From assembly GCF_006345805.1 (NCBI RefSeq), contig NC_043002.1, positions 35,278,001-35,342,000 of the forward strand: a stretch of 64,000 bases of DNA. The letters are read 5' to 3'. A program made the translations under genes and the position numbers. The notes beneath the pieces were generated by a model, which was not told where the DNA came from, made no database searches, and worked only from the letters and a program-made list of their open reading frames with translations. This stretch comes from Octopus sinensis. Lineage: Eukaryota. Below are positions 1-13,111 of this stretch, one piece after another; position 1 is the stretch's first letter; every line of letters begins with the position of its first letter.

Positions 1-330
1 TTCCATTGTCTCAAAAATATTTTTATAGCTTATTTCTTTTTACTCTGGCTATGGTTTTGGAGCACTCATCTCCACTGATAATTAGGCCAGATAGGTAAGA
101 GAAGCTACTGGCTACTTCTATTGGGCTTTCTGATCATCTGAAAGAATTTATACCAACAGTGCTCTTACTGCTAACTATACCTGTGCACTAACCATATATG
201 AAGTCTTTCTTTGCTATTCCACTACACTTCTTATGTATCCATAGTTTACATTGGGTACACAATTCCAACCTAATTGTTTGTCAAATATTTTGTGGAAAAA
301 TGTGCTACAAACATGAAGCAATTATTAATA
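1..330 (-). mobile_element. Decayed RTE LINE fragment (zinc-finger region of RT)
   Basis: CTTATGTATCCATAGTTTACATTGGGTACAC (~230-260) matches the young RTE copy at ~39100; the minus strand reads CTQCKLWIHKKCSGI. Approximate bounds. Confidence 0.6.
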
Positions 331-2379
331 GTTATATAATTTATATACATGGAAACCAGTTTTTTAGTATATATTTGCAATTTGTTTTCTGTCAATTTCA
401 CAAAAGCTTGCTATGTTTTTCAGTGGTTTCTCTTGGATAGCTTTAGAAATTGATTTTATTACATAATGGAATACACATCACATATCTCATTGATGCCACC
501 ACTATACACCAGTATTATTGACCATATTGGAAAATGAAACACTGTTATCATTCGACACTACTCAGCTACAAAAGAGCCTGGTTCTTCATCTGTCTTTTCC
601 TTTGCTATTATAATAATCTTTACTCCACTCAAGCTGAATCCATATACAACCTACCTAAACTCATTGCTCTCACCTCTCTTCTCTTCATCTTCCCCAGTGT
701 CTCACTCCTTGGGCACTACGCTAAACTCTTCGTTCAATCCTCCTCACACTTTTATCCCCTGGCAAAAACCTCTTCGAGTGAAAAGAATTTATATTTTTAT
801 GCATCTAAAACATGAAAGAAAATAGTTTTTATAATGCAACAACTCCTCAAAGGTTACCAGACTGCCTATTTTTTGGCCAGCCATAAAATCAAAACCATCT
901 TAAAATTATTAATGAAAATTTATACTATGTCTGACAGTGCTTTTTATCTAGAACATCAAAATAGAATTAAAAGGGAAAAGACAAACAGGTTGTTTGGATC
1001 TCACACCAAGAAGGTGCAATTATATCTCTACTAAATCAAAATATAAATAGATCAATATTGAAGAAAATGTTGCTCATTATCAATGTTCTATTTTCAAATC
1101 AGTCTTTCTAGAGTTTCTGTTTTTTACATTCTGAAAAAAAATTTTGTTTTGCTTTTGCAATTAAAAGGAAGAAAGAGAATTGATGTCAGATTTTTAGAGA
1201 TGGCTTTAAAAAAATAGGACAAAAATTATTTCAATTGACAAAGAACTACAAGGAGCAAACAATGTTTTTTTTTTTTATCATATAATTATTAATTAATCAC
1301 AGCTATTCAAAGAAAAGAGAGCTGTCAAGAATATCAACATAATAGAGGAAAAGAAATTCAGTTGGCTTGAACAAATATATTTTTTCTCCGTTTTCTGTCT
1401 TCCAAAATAAGTTTATACAGCAGTCTCAGCAATAATATAATTAAGTTTAAAGTCTTTCATATTTCCTTATTATGTTCATTTCAACTTCTAATCTTTTTTC
1501 TTTTTTTTTTTTTTGGTAATTTTTATACTTTTCCCCATTGAAAGTGAGAGAATGATAAAAGATATGAAAAGAATTTAAAACATATACTAGATAACAGATT
1601 CAAAAGTCTTTTTCCTTTTGTCACCCCCCTCTCACACACACACACACTAATAGCCTGTTGGAATTATGGAAGAGTAAGATAAAATTTTGGAAAACATACT
1701 TAGAATTACCATATTGTTTAACAATTTAAAAAAATTACATCTGAAAAACTATGAATCTGAACAAAATGTGATAATAATTTGCCTTACAAGTGATAATTCA
1801 ATATCTATATTTTTTAATAAGCTGCTAACAAAGTAATCATTACTTCAGATTTGTTTCAGAATAACCTTGTCAACCAAGTCCATATAAGCAGCAATAAATT
1901 AAGAGTTGCAATTAACAAGAATAAAATTTTAAATATTTCTCACATATGGGATTTATAAATGTATTTTCAAGTCAATGAGATAACCTTGACATAAATCTGA
2001 ATTTTCTCAAATGTGAGAGTTAAATCACCTTTAATAACTACTACAGAGTCATTGTCTTTGTCATTATTATCTTCATAATTTATTCAGTTTCTATGGTCTG
2101 AGTTCTTATTTGAAGTCAGTGCCCTCCTAATCAGGTTGGAGAACCACATTTTGCTCATACATTTAATTTTTACTAGAATTTTGCAGCTAGATGTCCTTCC
2201 CAACAGTAACTACTTTACAGAGTGGTTACTATCAGGAAGGTTATGGCAATCTAGAGAGGTTGTCATGCTCTTGACAAAAATAGATAGTCTTCTCAACCTG
2301 TTGCTCTCTTCACTCAATTAGTTTACAGGGTGTACTGGGTGCATTTCATTAAAGCACCAACACTTGTGTGGTTGCTTTA

Positions 2380-2880
2380 TGCCTTGTAAGACAAGAATAT
2401 CCTCATTGCTTTATGATGTTTCTTTTCTCTCAAGGCAATGTGACTGAGAAGGAAAATAGCAGATGGAACGGAAACAGAAGAAAGCCAGAATATGTGAGTG
2501 AAGGAAACAAGTGTGTGATGATAGAGACACAGAAATTGAAGTGAGGATGTAGGAAAGGAGGAGAGAAGGAAGATTGAGAAAAAAGTAATAATTATGTGTA
2601 TTGGATATAGAATGATGGCAGAGTACTGAGTACACGTAAGTCCCATATCATCTCTCATTAGACAACGACATGGAACAGTTAGAGGAGGAAGAGTGAGTAT
2701 CAAAGAGATGAGAGGGTTGAACAGGTCCAATGTTATCCCTTTAAAGAGAGCATAGTACAATGAAGAGAAGGTGAGTGAATAGAAGGTAAGTGATAGTGAG
2801 ATGAGAGGGTATCACAAGGTGAGGCACGCAGCAGATGTAGACTCAATAGGAACATTGGCATCTCCTTCCCGAGATCTGTC
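2380..2880 (-). mobile_element. Penelope-like element RT remnant
   Basis: Strongly purine-biased + strand. Minus translation SLYYAL..LISLILTL..RCLMRDDMG resembles the PLE RT pattern SLYT..L..LVLTLNNF..Q..G.AMG. Heavily decayed. Confidence 0.45.
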
Positions 2881-2989
2881 TTTACCATTTCATTTCATGT
2901 CTTCTTGGTACTCACTAATTCATATGTTCCATCCAATTTGTGTACTATATTTCTTTATACCACTGTCTTCTTCCATATACATCATATGC

Positions 2990-4110
2990 CCATACCAGTA
3001 GTCTTTTTTCCTGTATGTTACATCTGATTCTTCTTATATAAAACTTGTCTCTCAACTCATTTGTCAGACATATACACTAACATTACACATCCAGTAAAGC
3101 TTTTGCAAATCCTTTGCATTCAGTGCCCATGTCTCACAATCATGCAGCATTTCAGTTTATTCACAGGCATCATATAATTTCCTTTATATTCTGAGAGAGA
3201 CCTTTTGTTACCAGTAGAGGTAATAGCTCCTAGAAATTCTTGCAGCCCCTTCTTATTCTGGCTACTATGCTCATTGCTAATTAGGTCACCTAATAAAAGC
3301 TATCAATTACTTTTAGAAAACCATTAAAGCATGTGAAAAATCTGTTTTGCATATGCTTCTAGTACTTAATGCTCCGGACGATCTACTACATATGAAGTCT
3401 GTCTTCCTGTTAGCCTACTTCTGATTCCAGCACACTAATTGTCTGTCTTTGTTTACATTGGGTACACTGACTGGAATTTCTACTTGCTACTTTTCTACAT
3501 AATGAGCAAGGTCCTTTTCCTGACAGCAGCAGAGTTCTGACTTCTTTCCCACTTGGTAATATTTTACTTTTTGCTAAGTTTATTTGGGGGCATCTTGATT
3601 TTAGGTTTTGCTTACATGTCTGGAATTTCTACTCTAATTCTGCTACAGATGCAGCCATAACAACTAGGTCACCTGCATATAGATGTTCCCATGCACAGCC
3701 TTTATAATGGTCTAAAGAACTGTGACTTGGTGAAAACCTACCTGCTAACTAAATTCATTACTGTACTCATTGTTAACTATTTCCTTTTTGTCTGCACTTA
3801 TGTACATGACCAGCATGGACCTCATAAATCATTCACCAGATTACAAAGAGTGGTACTCTACCAAAGGCCTTTTCTGCATTGAGAAATGCAAAGTACAGTG
3901 GTACTTTCCTTGCAGTTGTTTCATTAGGAAAAAAGCATCAATAGTAAAAGGTTGAACTGCAACTCAACTAGACTAATTCTCTTCCAAATCAGTTGTGCAA
4001 TAAGCTTTTCAGTACATTCATAACCTGCTCCACCAAACTGATGGCTCTGTAACTTCTGTCCAGTGCAACTTCTTTGCACTTGTAGCAGTTGACAATGATA
4101 CTGCATCATC
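2990..4110 (-). mobile_element. Decayed RTE LINE (RT C-terminus plus endonuclease remnants)
   Basis: Segments align by eye with the young RTE at 38480-39348 (e.g. GCCCATGTCTCAC vs GCCCATGTTTCAC; TTACCAGTAGAGGTAATAGCTCC). Many stops. Confidence 0.7.
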
Positions 4111-5590
4111 TTTAAAGTATTTTATATATTTTCACACCTAAATCTTACAACTATATACTGATAATAAAGATGAGATTGTCTTAATAAGAATTATACTAAA
4201 TAATGAACTTTAATATGAAACTACAATTTGATTTTCATAAAACTTCATAATCACATTTCTGACCTATGAGTTATGTATAGGGGCTCAATCACTTATAAAG
4301 TTAACTTAGACAACATTTTAATATCAGCATCAACACCAGCACCATCAAAGATGCCTTTCAGTAGATTGTGCTATTTTTGTTGTTTTTTAAAATTATATTC
4401 CAGTACAGATTGACTGATAAAGAAAGTGATATATTCTGTCATTAACGAATACCATAAAGATAGATAGCAAAGACATTATCACCATAGGAGGGAATTTTAA
4501 TGGTAGAATGAGGGATCAATAAAGGCTTAAGCACATAAGAAAAATTGACAAAAAATTTTATCTTTAAAAAAATCAGCTGCACACTGAGTTAAATACAAAT
4601 TTAGGTTGGATTGTGCCAAACCACATTATTCTATAGTGAATGATCAGAAAATGATAAACAATCTAAAATGTGTTTTAATTGAAAACTGAAACCTGGTATT
4701 AAAAAAGAAAACCTGTAGAGAAAAGATAAAGTAGTTTCTTAGAAAGTTGATGTTAGTTGGAGAAGGGGAAGACTAAACTGTTTTAAAGGTGTTGGAGAGA
4801 ATGACCAAGAAGAAAAACTGAAGTGTCTTCTACTCAGATTTCTATCAGAGACTCAATAATCTAGAGAACTTTCTTGTGTCACATTTGATTTATACACTGT
4901 CCACAAGCAAATTTCTAAAAAAGCTATCATCATCATCACCATACTTATCATAAGCTGAAACAATTACGATTTCCTTTCTCTTATCCATCATCCTGTCCAT
5001 TAAAATAATTCCTTTCCAACTTATTTAAACTCAGTGTAACAGATTCCCATGACACATCCAAAGATAAATATTCTTTCTCTACACACCTCTCTTACAACAT
5101 TAAGATTATGCAAATACTGAATTTACTTTTTATCAGTAAAGGCAACAGGTCCCTCATCATATTTTAATCACAAGCAAAACTTGTGTTACTCTATAATTAA
5201 TTATATACAAAGATTTAATTAAATCCAGGTTATCTAATCTATAAACTGACCTGTGGCTTCCTTGTCTGGAATTTTCTAAATTGTTTGTGGGAAATTTAAT
5301 TACTGTCAACCAAATATGGCTACTTCTCTTTTCACTGAAGAGATTCTATGACTGACTAAAACTTTAATCTTGCCAGACTTGACTGATAAATTTCTGAATG
5401 TAATCCCTTCTTTTTGGTTTTAAATATCTCTTGCATAATTATTGGATTGATTCCCATGAACTTCAAGAGTTATTACATAAGGGTTCTAAAGGTTTCCAAC
5501 TAATTGGATAAAAATATGCTTGATACACTCCAATGTGGATATGGAATATTTTATTTTTGAAAACCTACACAACAACATTAGTTATTGTTG

Positions 5591-5810
5591 TCATCATCAT
5601 AATCATCATCATTATTTCATACCTACATTCCATGCTAGCATGGGTTGGACAATCTGATATGATCTAATAAGTTTGGGTACTACATCTTGCTCCAGTGTCA
5701 AAGTTTTGGCATGGTTTCTATGGCTGGATGCCCTTCCTAATACCAATTACTTTACAAAATGTACTGTGTATTTGATTGTGTGCAGTACCAACATCAGTGA
5801 AGTCCAAGGT
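5591..5810 (-). mobile_element. RTE/SINE shared 3' tail fragment
   Basis: (CAT)n followed by TTCCATGCTAGCATGGGTTGGAC...GGATGCCCTTCCTAA, the same tail as at 37759-37900. Confidence 0.65.
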
Positions 5811-6459
5811 AATTTGTAAAAGTAAAGAGCCCCTCAGCTGAATGGAAGTAGAGGCTTTCTCAAAGTTGACAAATGCCAAGTTGAATGCTAATTAGAAGCT
5901 TACTTTTAACTAAATATTTCTCCAGCATTACCTCACCAAGAAGAGGTCATCAGCAGTATTTTTTCCTAGTACAAAATCAAACTGTATCTCATCTAGATTC
6001 TCTTCCTAATTATTTGAGTCATATTTAATGCTCTAACAATTCTGCCAACTGACTACCTCCTTCGACAAACCATTTTAATTTTAAAGGAAGACATTTGATT
6101 TCTGTAATAATAAATGACTTATACAAGACCAGACATGTACAATATGAGACATTCCAAAATAAAATTATGTACAACAAAGACTGTTTCTAGTTCAATAAGA
6201 AAGCCTTTTTCATGGAAGTCCCATGATAAACACACCAGATAATATTGTCAGAACTGTAAGAAGAGCATCCACACACAATCATATCCAAAGCTACCATGCA
6301 AAACAAAAAATTCAAAATAATGCTTAAAAATAAGATTTACATAGATGGATTTAAAGGGTTACATTGTATTAAATTGTTTTAAAATTGCGAAATTATTTTT
6401 TGACAGTAATTATATCAATATTGCTTATTTATCAAAAAATTAAAATACTTTCAACTTAC

Positions 6460-6593
6460 CTTTAACATTTTCAAAGCCAAGCACAATGTCTTTCATGTCA
6501 CCATTTTTATCAGGAACTATAATTTTTGATATAATAGCTCCAAAAGTCAATATTTCAACTTCAGCAGATCTAGAAGCATTCTTCAATGTTATT
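6460..6593 (-). CDS. GALM: Internal coding exon of galactose mutarotase (aldose 1-epimerase)
   Basis: Translation ITLKNASRSAEVEILTFGAIISKIIVPDKNGDMKDIVLGFENVK-G matches the aldose 1-epimerase N-terminal motif (V.I..YGA.I..I.VPD..G...D.VLGF...G). Acceptor TTTTATTTCCATTTTAG (AG at 6595-6594); donor AAAG|GTAAGT (GT at 6459-6458). Entry phase 2, exit phase 1; no internal stops. Confidence 0.9.
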
Positions 6594-7292
6594 CTAAAAT
6601 GGAAATAAAAGTAAAATAAAACTATTTTAACTATTTTGTTTTGAATTTCATAAAAGGATAGATAAAACATAATTATGATTTGAAAAGTCCCTGGCAATAA
6701 TCCCTGAAGTTATGTTAGGATAATATATAGCATTCATCTTTAGAAAACAACAAAAAGTTATATACAAGAGTTAATAGGCTATAAGGGATTTAAGATGGCA
6801 CTGATAAACAAATATCCCAGACAGAAAGACAGTTGACCTGATATTTGTAATTTTGCGGTAATGGAAAAGAAAGCAAACTTAAATACTTTCCATAGGATAT
6901 TCTGCACTATAGACACTACTAATTAAAAAAAATTTAAAGTGGAGAGAATAGTTCAATATAATTGGAAGAAATTATAAATTATAAATGATTCAAATCAGCT
7001 AGATTATCTAACTTCAAAATTTGGAGGTCAAAACTAAGTAGTAAACTTGGAGACAGTCTTGTAAAATGTTGCCATATGTTAAGAAAAAGTGTATGTTTAT
7101 AAACAGTCTAGGAAAAAGGATATGTTTATAAACAGAGTAAAAAAGTATACATTTTTAAACAGTGTAGAAAATGTGAATATAAAGTATACCACATTCTGAA
7201 TCTTTATCAGATGTACAATTGCTCTGTTTTTAATGTAATTCTGATGATATAGACAAAAGCAAAGATTCAGTCTTTCACTGAAAAAAAATTTG

Positions 7293-7745
7293 TAGTGCAG
7301 GCATGGCTGTGGTAAGAAGTTTGCTTCCCAATCACATGGTTGTGGGTTCAATTCCACTGTATGGCATCTTGGCAAAGTGTCTTCCACTATAACCCTGGGT
7401 TGATCAAAGCTTTGTCAGTGGATTTGGTAGATGGATAGGTAGAAAGTGAAAGAAGCTCATTATGTGTGTGTGTGTGCACATGCATGTTTGTGTCTCTTTG
7501 CCTTGACATGTGATAGCTGTATATAATAAATGTCAGCCATTTCCAATATTTTGCACTGTGATATAAAAAGTGTCAGTCATTTCCAATATTTTGCAAGAAC
7601 TGTTTGGTCATGAGGAAATATAATACCTTGCTTAGAAATATGTGAGGATTCATGACAGGAAGGGCATCCCCTTGCAGAAAATCTGCCTCAATAAATTTCA
7701 CTGGGCCCATGCAAGCATGGAAAAGTAGGCATTAAAAATACATTG
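7293..7745 (+). mobile_element. tRNA-headed OR-type SINE with RTE-like tail
   Basis: Head GCAGGCATGGCTGTGGTAAGAAG...GGTTCAATTCC (A/B-box like), CORE-like CTTGGCAAAGTGTCTT, internal (GT)n, tail GGAAGGGCATCC...CCATGCAAGCATGGAAAAG. Contains a ~42-bp internal duplication at ~7530-7600. Confidence 0.8.
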
Positions 7746-8689
7746 ATGGTGGAGTGTAACACAGCCATATTTTCTCTGGTGATCCAGTCATGAGATGAAA
7801 CTGTGAAACACTTATAAAAAACCTCTCCAGGTGAACCAAAAAAAAAATGGTTTCAAAGTCATTATTGTCAGTGCTTTTTTAAAATTTTTTTTTTTACCTC
7901 AAATAAGAATTGTGAGTTTCCTGAGAGCTGTAGGCTTCATCAGTGACATATGAGTTGCACTGAAGTAAACAGAAGTAACAGTAAGGATCCAGTGCTTCAT
8001 TGGCTAAAGTTTTATAATATTGCTACTAACAAGAAAAAGAAGAATGCAAAATAAAACACTAAAAAAAAAAGGTCAAAATTATGAACGTTTGTTTTCCCTT
8101 AGTTCAAGATGGCAGCATGAAATCACAGACAGAGTAACTCACATAGTTCTAGAGAAATGATAACTGAAAATTGTAAGACTGTTTAGGTGGAAGAATTTTC
8201 TTAAGTAATGAATGTTCAGTCTCTCACATGATATAATGTTAAGTTTTCATTGAGCGAACTGACACTGTAAATTCCTTTTAGCTTCTCTATATAACTAAAA
8301 AAAAGAAAGTGGTTTCTTGAGAAATAGCTTTACATGTTTAATCAAACTGTAGATATTAAGTAAAACTTAATAAGGAAATAATCAAACACTAATTTTGACT
8401 TTATAGTTACTTTTTTTTCTTTTTGCATTAAGTTTATTCTTTTATTAATCCTAGCTTAGTTATTAATTAATACTGGTTAAATTATAATTTTTTTCATATT
8501 ATGCTGTACCACTTACTCTTTTCATCCTATCTAGCCAAGCAAAATATGACCAATATGAAAAACAATATGTTTAGTGGATAAACACATTTAAATCTTATTA
8601 ATTTTTTAATTAATTTCATAATGGGATCTATTTTTCTCTCTTTCATTTAACGAAAGCAATGTAGCCACTACATTTAAGTATAAGTGGAG

Positions 8690-9290
8690 GCTATGGAGGG
8701 AACTGAAAACAGAATAGTGAACTAGATCTTAGAAATGGTGTGAAGATGGAAAGTACTGAATGGAGAAGGTGGATCAGATACAACAACAGTGTCAAGAGTG
8801 AGATGTGTATGGGAGAACATCCAAAAATGGAATAGCATGCTAATGAGGAAGAGAGTCTCACTGAAACTGATGGGCAAAGTGTATGCCACATGTGTAAGAA
8901 ATGTTATGACTTGTGAAAATAATACATGAGTAATAAGCATGGAGAATCAGAGACAACTGGAAAGAATGGAAATGGAATTGGTTCAGTGGAGGAGAAGAGT
9001 ATGACTGAGGGAAGAAGACTAACAAAAATTGCAGAGAAAGAAGGGAATAGAACCAGTGATGGATGCTGTAAAGAGAAATAGAATAAAATGTTTGGGATAT
9101 GTGCTGAGGAAGCTTGAAAATAACTGGGAAGAGTGATTGAAATCAATGTGAAAGAAAGTAGAGGAAGGGGAAGAGAAAGACAAGGTAAAAAATGATAGCA
9201 GCAGAAATGAGGGCAAGGGGTTGTTGAAAGAGAATACAGAGGACAGGGCAAAAGGGAGAAGACAGATCATAGAGTTTGTGGTGCTAACCT
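8690..9290 (-). mobile_element. Penelope-like element RT remnant
   Basis: Minus strand GCTATTCCATTTTTGGATGTTCTC encodes AIPFLDVL, the PLE RT LPFLDV motif, in pyrimidine-rich decayed coding-like sequence. Confidence 0.6.
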
Positions 9291-9350
9291 ACTACTTTAG
9301 TAGGGACAATATTTTTGATGTGTTTGTTGTGTAGTTGCCTCTAAATTATA

Positions 9351-9452
9351 GTTAATCTCAGTTAATTATAAGAAATAATATTATGTTAATCTTAGTTAAT
9401 TATAAGAAATAATATTATGTTAATTTTAGTTAATTATAAGAAATAATATTAT
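9351..9452. repeat. Minisatellite, 3 x 34 bp
   Basis: Unit GTTAATCTTAGTTAATTATAAGAAATAATATTAT at 9351, 9385 and 9419; units differ at one or two positions. Confidence 0.95.
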
Positions 9453-10420
9453 GGATTTTTTTTTTATTAAGGAAACCTTAAAACTGATTCAGATCAATGT
9501 ATATAGTTTTTAGTGGAGTGTTTAGTAATATTTGAAATGTAGTTTAATAATAATTTTGACCTAATAACATGGTTTCAGTTCACTTCTGTTCAGGCTTAAA
9601 ATCACAATCAAGTTGGCATCAGAAACATAATGTACTAGCCAATTAATGTTTTTGAGTGCAAATTGTGCATTGATCATCTTAGAGAAACAGCAGAATCTGG
9701 GAAAATTGTTGATATTCTGTATCAACTAATAGTAATACAAATAAGTTTGCAAAATGGAACAGATTATTTCATCTGTCTAGGAATGACTAAGTACCAGTGA
9801 TATGTTAGTGTTGAATGGATAAAACTACATCAGCTATGTCAAGAAAAGAGCCCATGGTCTGAAAAATGAAATCCTTACTTCAACAACATTTAGAAAATTT
9901 TCAAAAACAAGATGTATCACAGTATCTCCATTTACATCTCGGTTCAGAAGTAAAATCACATAGAGATAGAATTCTGCTTGTTGTGTCTCTAAATTTAATA
10001 AAATAAAATCAGTAAGATACTAGGGTATAATTCAATTCATTTCTTTTCAATACAAAAAGTTTTCATGCCAGTTGTGAAGAAATCATTATTTTGCATTGTG
10101 AATAACACTGAATATTTTTAATAAGCATACTAAAACTTTAATTAATATTAATATTAATTACTGTAACTGACTTTGTGCCAAAATTTGAAACTAATATTAA
10201 TTACTTTTGTAAAGAGAAAGAAGACAGAAGATTTGTCATAACAAGTTTATTATTCTGAGGATAGAGGAATTACAAAAATTCAGAGGATTAACAAATAATT
10301 AACTCAATGAGAAGTTTGTTGCAGTGTGGTTGCTATTTGAAATTGGAGGGTATTTAGTACTAATGGTATCACAAGACTTTCTTGAATCTCTTGAAGTCAT
10401 CTGCATTAATATTTATGCAA

Positions 10421-10636
10421 TATTAGGTTAGTGGGATGAACAAGTTCGGAAGAGAACTTCAAACAAAATGTCATGCTGGATTTCGTTGTACTGTTTTTTG
10501 CTCCTAAATTCAAATCCCATCAGGCCAATATTGCTTTTCAATGTTCTGGTGCTGGTAAAATAAATACCAGCCAAATACTGAGATAATTTTAATTGACTGT
10601 ACTCCCACAGCAAAATTTGCAACTGTGTTAGAAATC
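10421..10636 (+). mobile_element. Diverged Nin/Deu-domain-type SINE with 13-bp TSD
   Basis: AAATTCAAATCCC...TTGCTTTTCAATG...GTAAAATAAATACCAG resembles the core of the SINE at 61908. Flanked by the direct repeat AATATTTATGCAA (10408-10420, 10637-10649). Confidence 0.6.
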
Positions 10637-11809
10637 AATATTTATGCAAGATTAACATTATTATTGCTTGAAAATCTTCTAGAACTGGTGTACTTCTAAT
10701 TTTCTTCTTTTTTTTTTTAATGGTTGAGTCAGAGGGCAGAAAGCATTCAAGTATTTATTCATTTTTCTATTTATTCATACAACAAAACGGATATTAAAAA
10801 GAAGCTCTAGAAATTACTTTTTAGTAATTTTTTATTGTTTTAATGATTGCTCAAATTCAAAAATAAGTACAATAAATTTTCATATAAATTATTATTTAAA
10901 CTATTCCTTTATTAGAATTTCTTGATTGAAGTTAAACCATTATTGAATCATTGACATTATAGCTGTGGATGGCAGGATCAGAAGAGCTTTATGTTTTAAG
11001 TTTGAATCCCACCCAGGCTGGCTTTAGTTTTTACCCTATTATATATCCCTATTAACCAGGTATTGGGGACCAATGTGATTGACCATACTCTTGAATGCAG
11101 TGCCTCAATATAGCCACAGTCCAATAACTGAAATCAGTGAAGGTAGAAAAGAACTAATCTAAAGCAACTAATCTAAAACATGTTGGAAGTCATTCAAATG
11201 AGATGCTTTCATCAAATACTCAGAGTATCACAGTTTATCACATTCAATGAAACTTTTTTCTGAATTAAATCAGAAACCTTGTTTTGCACTAGCATGACCA
11301 TGGACCATGTTAATCAAATGTATCATTCAAATCTATAATACAAATTACTTATATGTTATGTTTCTAACCACAAGAATGAGAAGTATACAACAGATGAAAA
11401 TTATCTGTAGAAATTAAACAAATATTCATGTGACAGCAAGTGTTAAAAAAAAATGCACTTGTGCTGAATGTATTATCACATCAGCTGAAATTAGTGAAAG
11501 TTTAAAAGAAATATTCCAAAGAGGTGTAAATGTGCTGGAAGTCTTTTGAATGGGATGCTTTTATCAAATCCTCAGATATGAAAAGAAATTATCTATTGGT
11601 GATGGTCACCTAAGGTGGGGAATGTAGATAAGAGAGACAACCCAAAGATCACTCTTTGTTAAAATAATTCATAAAGATGAAATGATGTATAATTTATTAC
11701 CTCAACTTATGGGGTGACACTAAAGAGAAGTAAATACATATAGGGTACCAAGATGCAGAAAAACTGAAAATGAAGAAATGCAAATAAGAACAACAACAAT
11801 AATAATAAT

Positions 11810-12290
11810 TTATAACTTCTGGCAGATAATCAAGAAATTTGGAGATGGGTGTAGTCAATTTAATCAGCTCTAATATTTGGCTAGTACTTGTTTTATTGAC
11901 CCAAGAATAATAATGGCAAAGTTAACTTTGATGGGATTTAAATTCTATGTATGTAAAAGAATGTAAACAAATACTGCAAGACACACACACCAGCACTTTA
12001 CCATGCAATTACTTAGATAATAATAATAATAATAATATAATAATAATAATAATAATATAATAATGATAATAATAATGACGACAACAACGATGATAATAAT
12101 AATTCTTTCAACTAGAGGCACAAGGCTTTAAATATTTCAGGGAGGGGTTGGTGAATGACACCAACCCCTGTGCTGAACTGGTACTTATACTATTGATCCC
12201 AAAAGAATTAAAAGCAAAGTTGACCATGTGGAATTTGAACTCAGAATGTAATGAAGCAGAAAAAATGCTGCACAACGTTTTTTCTGATGC
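11810..12290 (-). mobile_element. Two decayed Nin-type SINEs separated by an (AAT)n/(GAC)n tract
   Basis: Reverse-complement core CTGGTACTTA..TTGATCCC..AAAG..AAAGCAAAGTTGACC..GGAATTTGAACTCAGAATGT at ~12175-12250 and a weaker copy at ~11880-11950; simple repeat at 12018-12100. Confidence 0.65.
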
Positions 12291-12904
12291 AGGTGGTTGG
12301 TACAAAGAAGGGCATTACCAAAATAGACAATGGAGCCTAGTGTCATTCCTGGTCTTACCAGCTCCTGTCAAATGGTCCAACCCATACCAGCATGTACAAC
12401 AGACATATGGAAATAATGATCATAATGGCGATGATGATGTCTCCTATAGACATAAGACTACAGATATAAGTGCAATAAAATGTTAGATTTAAGAGAACCT
12501 AAATTATTTAAGGTAGTTCAGAGTCATAAGCTTCACTCAAAAAGACAAAAAAGATATTTAAAGTGAAAATGCCAAAAGAATTCTCAAAAAATAAATGACT
12601 ATATTTTTAATGGAAATTTACCTTTGCTATCAATATTTTTGTAATAAGATAAGCTATTTCAACAAGAAAAGAAAATTGTAGGTATCATCTGTCAAGACTT
12701 TATTTACTATACCATGTGCATATTTTTTACCAAGCTCAATTTGTGAACATGAAGAATCATTGTACTTAAAGAAAAATATCAGATACAAACAAATGGATAT
12801 TATTCATTATTCACCCTGTCAGATATAGTATCACCTTGCCATATTAATTACCAAAGGGCCTCAAACTTCTACCCCTGCATCAGATACCTTATATAGCTGT
12901 TTAA

Positions 12905-13111
12905 CCCTTTAGCATTCTGACTACTCTGTCAAATGTTCTGTTTATTTATTCACATTGTTTTGAATTAATCATGCATTAACTTGTAGATTGGAGATTGTGA
13001 TGCTGTGGTTGTTTATTTTTAGAATAACATTATTTGGTAGGTGAGAGAGGCTAGATCTGGCCAGTTGGAACATAAAGTAGAATATTCTGGCCAGATATGG
13101 CCGGTTTAAAT
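12905..13111. mobile_element. piggyBac-like MITE, right end missing
   Basis: TTAA|CCCTTTAGCATT left end; body aligns with the copy at 61778-62226 (TGTTTTGAATTAATCATGCA; GTAGAATATT.TGGCCAG.TATGGC). Confidence 0.65.

Noticed and set aside
7898-8170. Minus-strand donor sites at ~7897 (GAG|GTAAAA) and ~8141 (TAT|GTGAGT) as the missing GALM first exon
   Set aside because: Phase-compatible, but the upstream peptides (..SSQETHNSYLR; ..SYHFSRT) show no FG..DG..V similarity to mutarotase N-termini.
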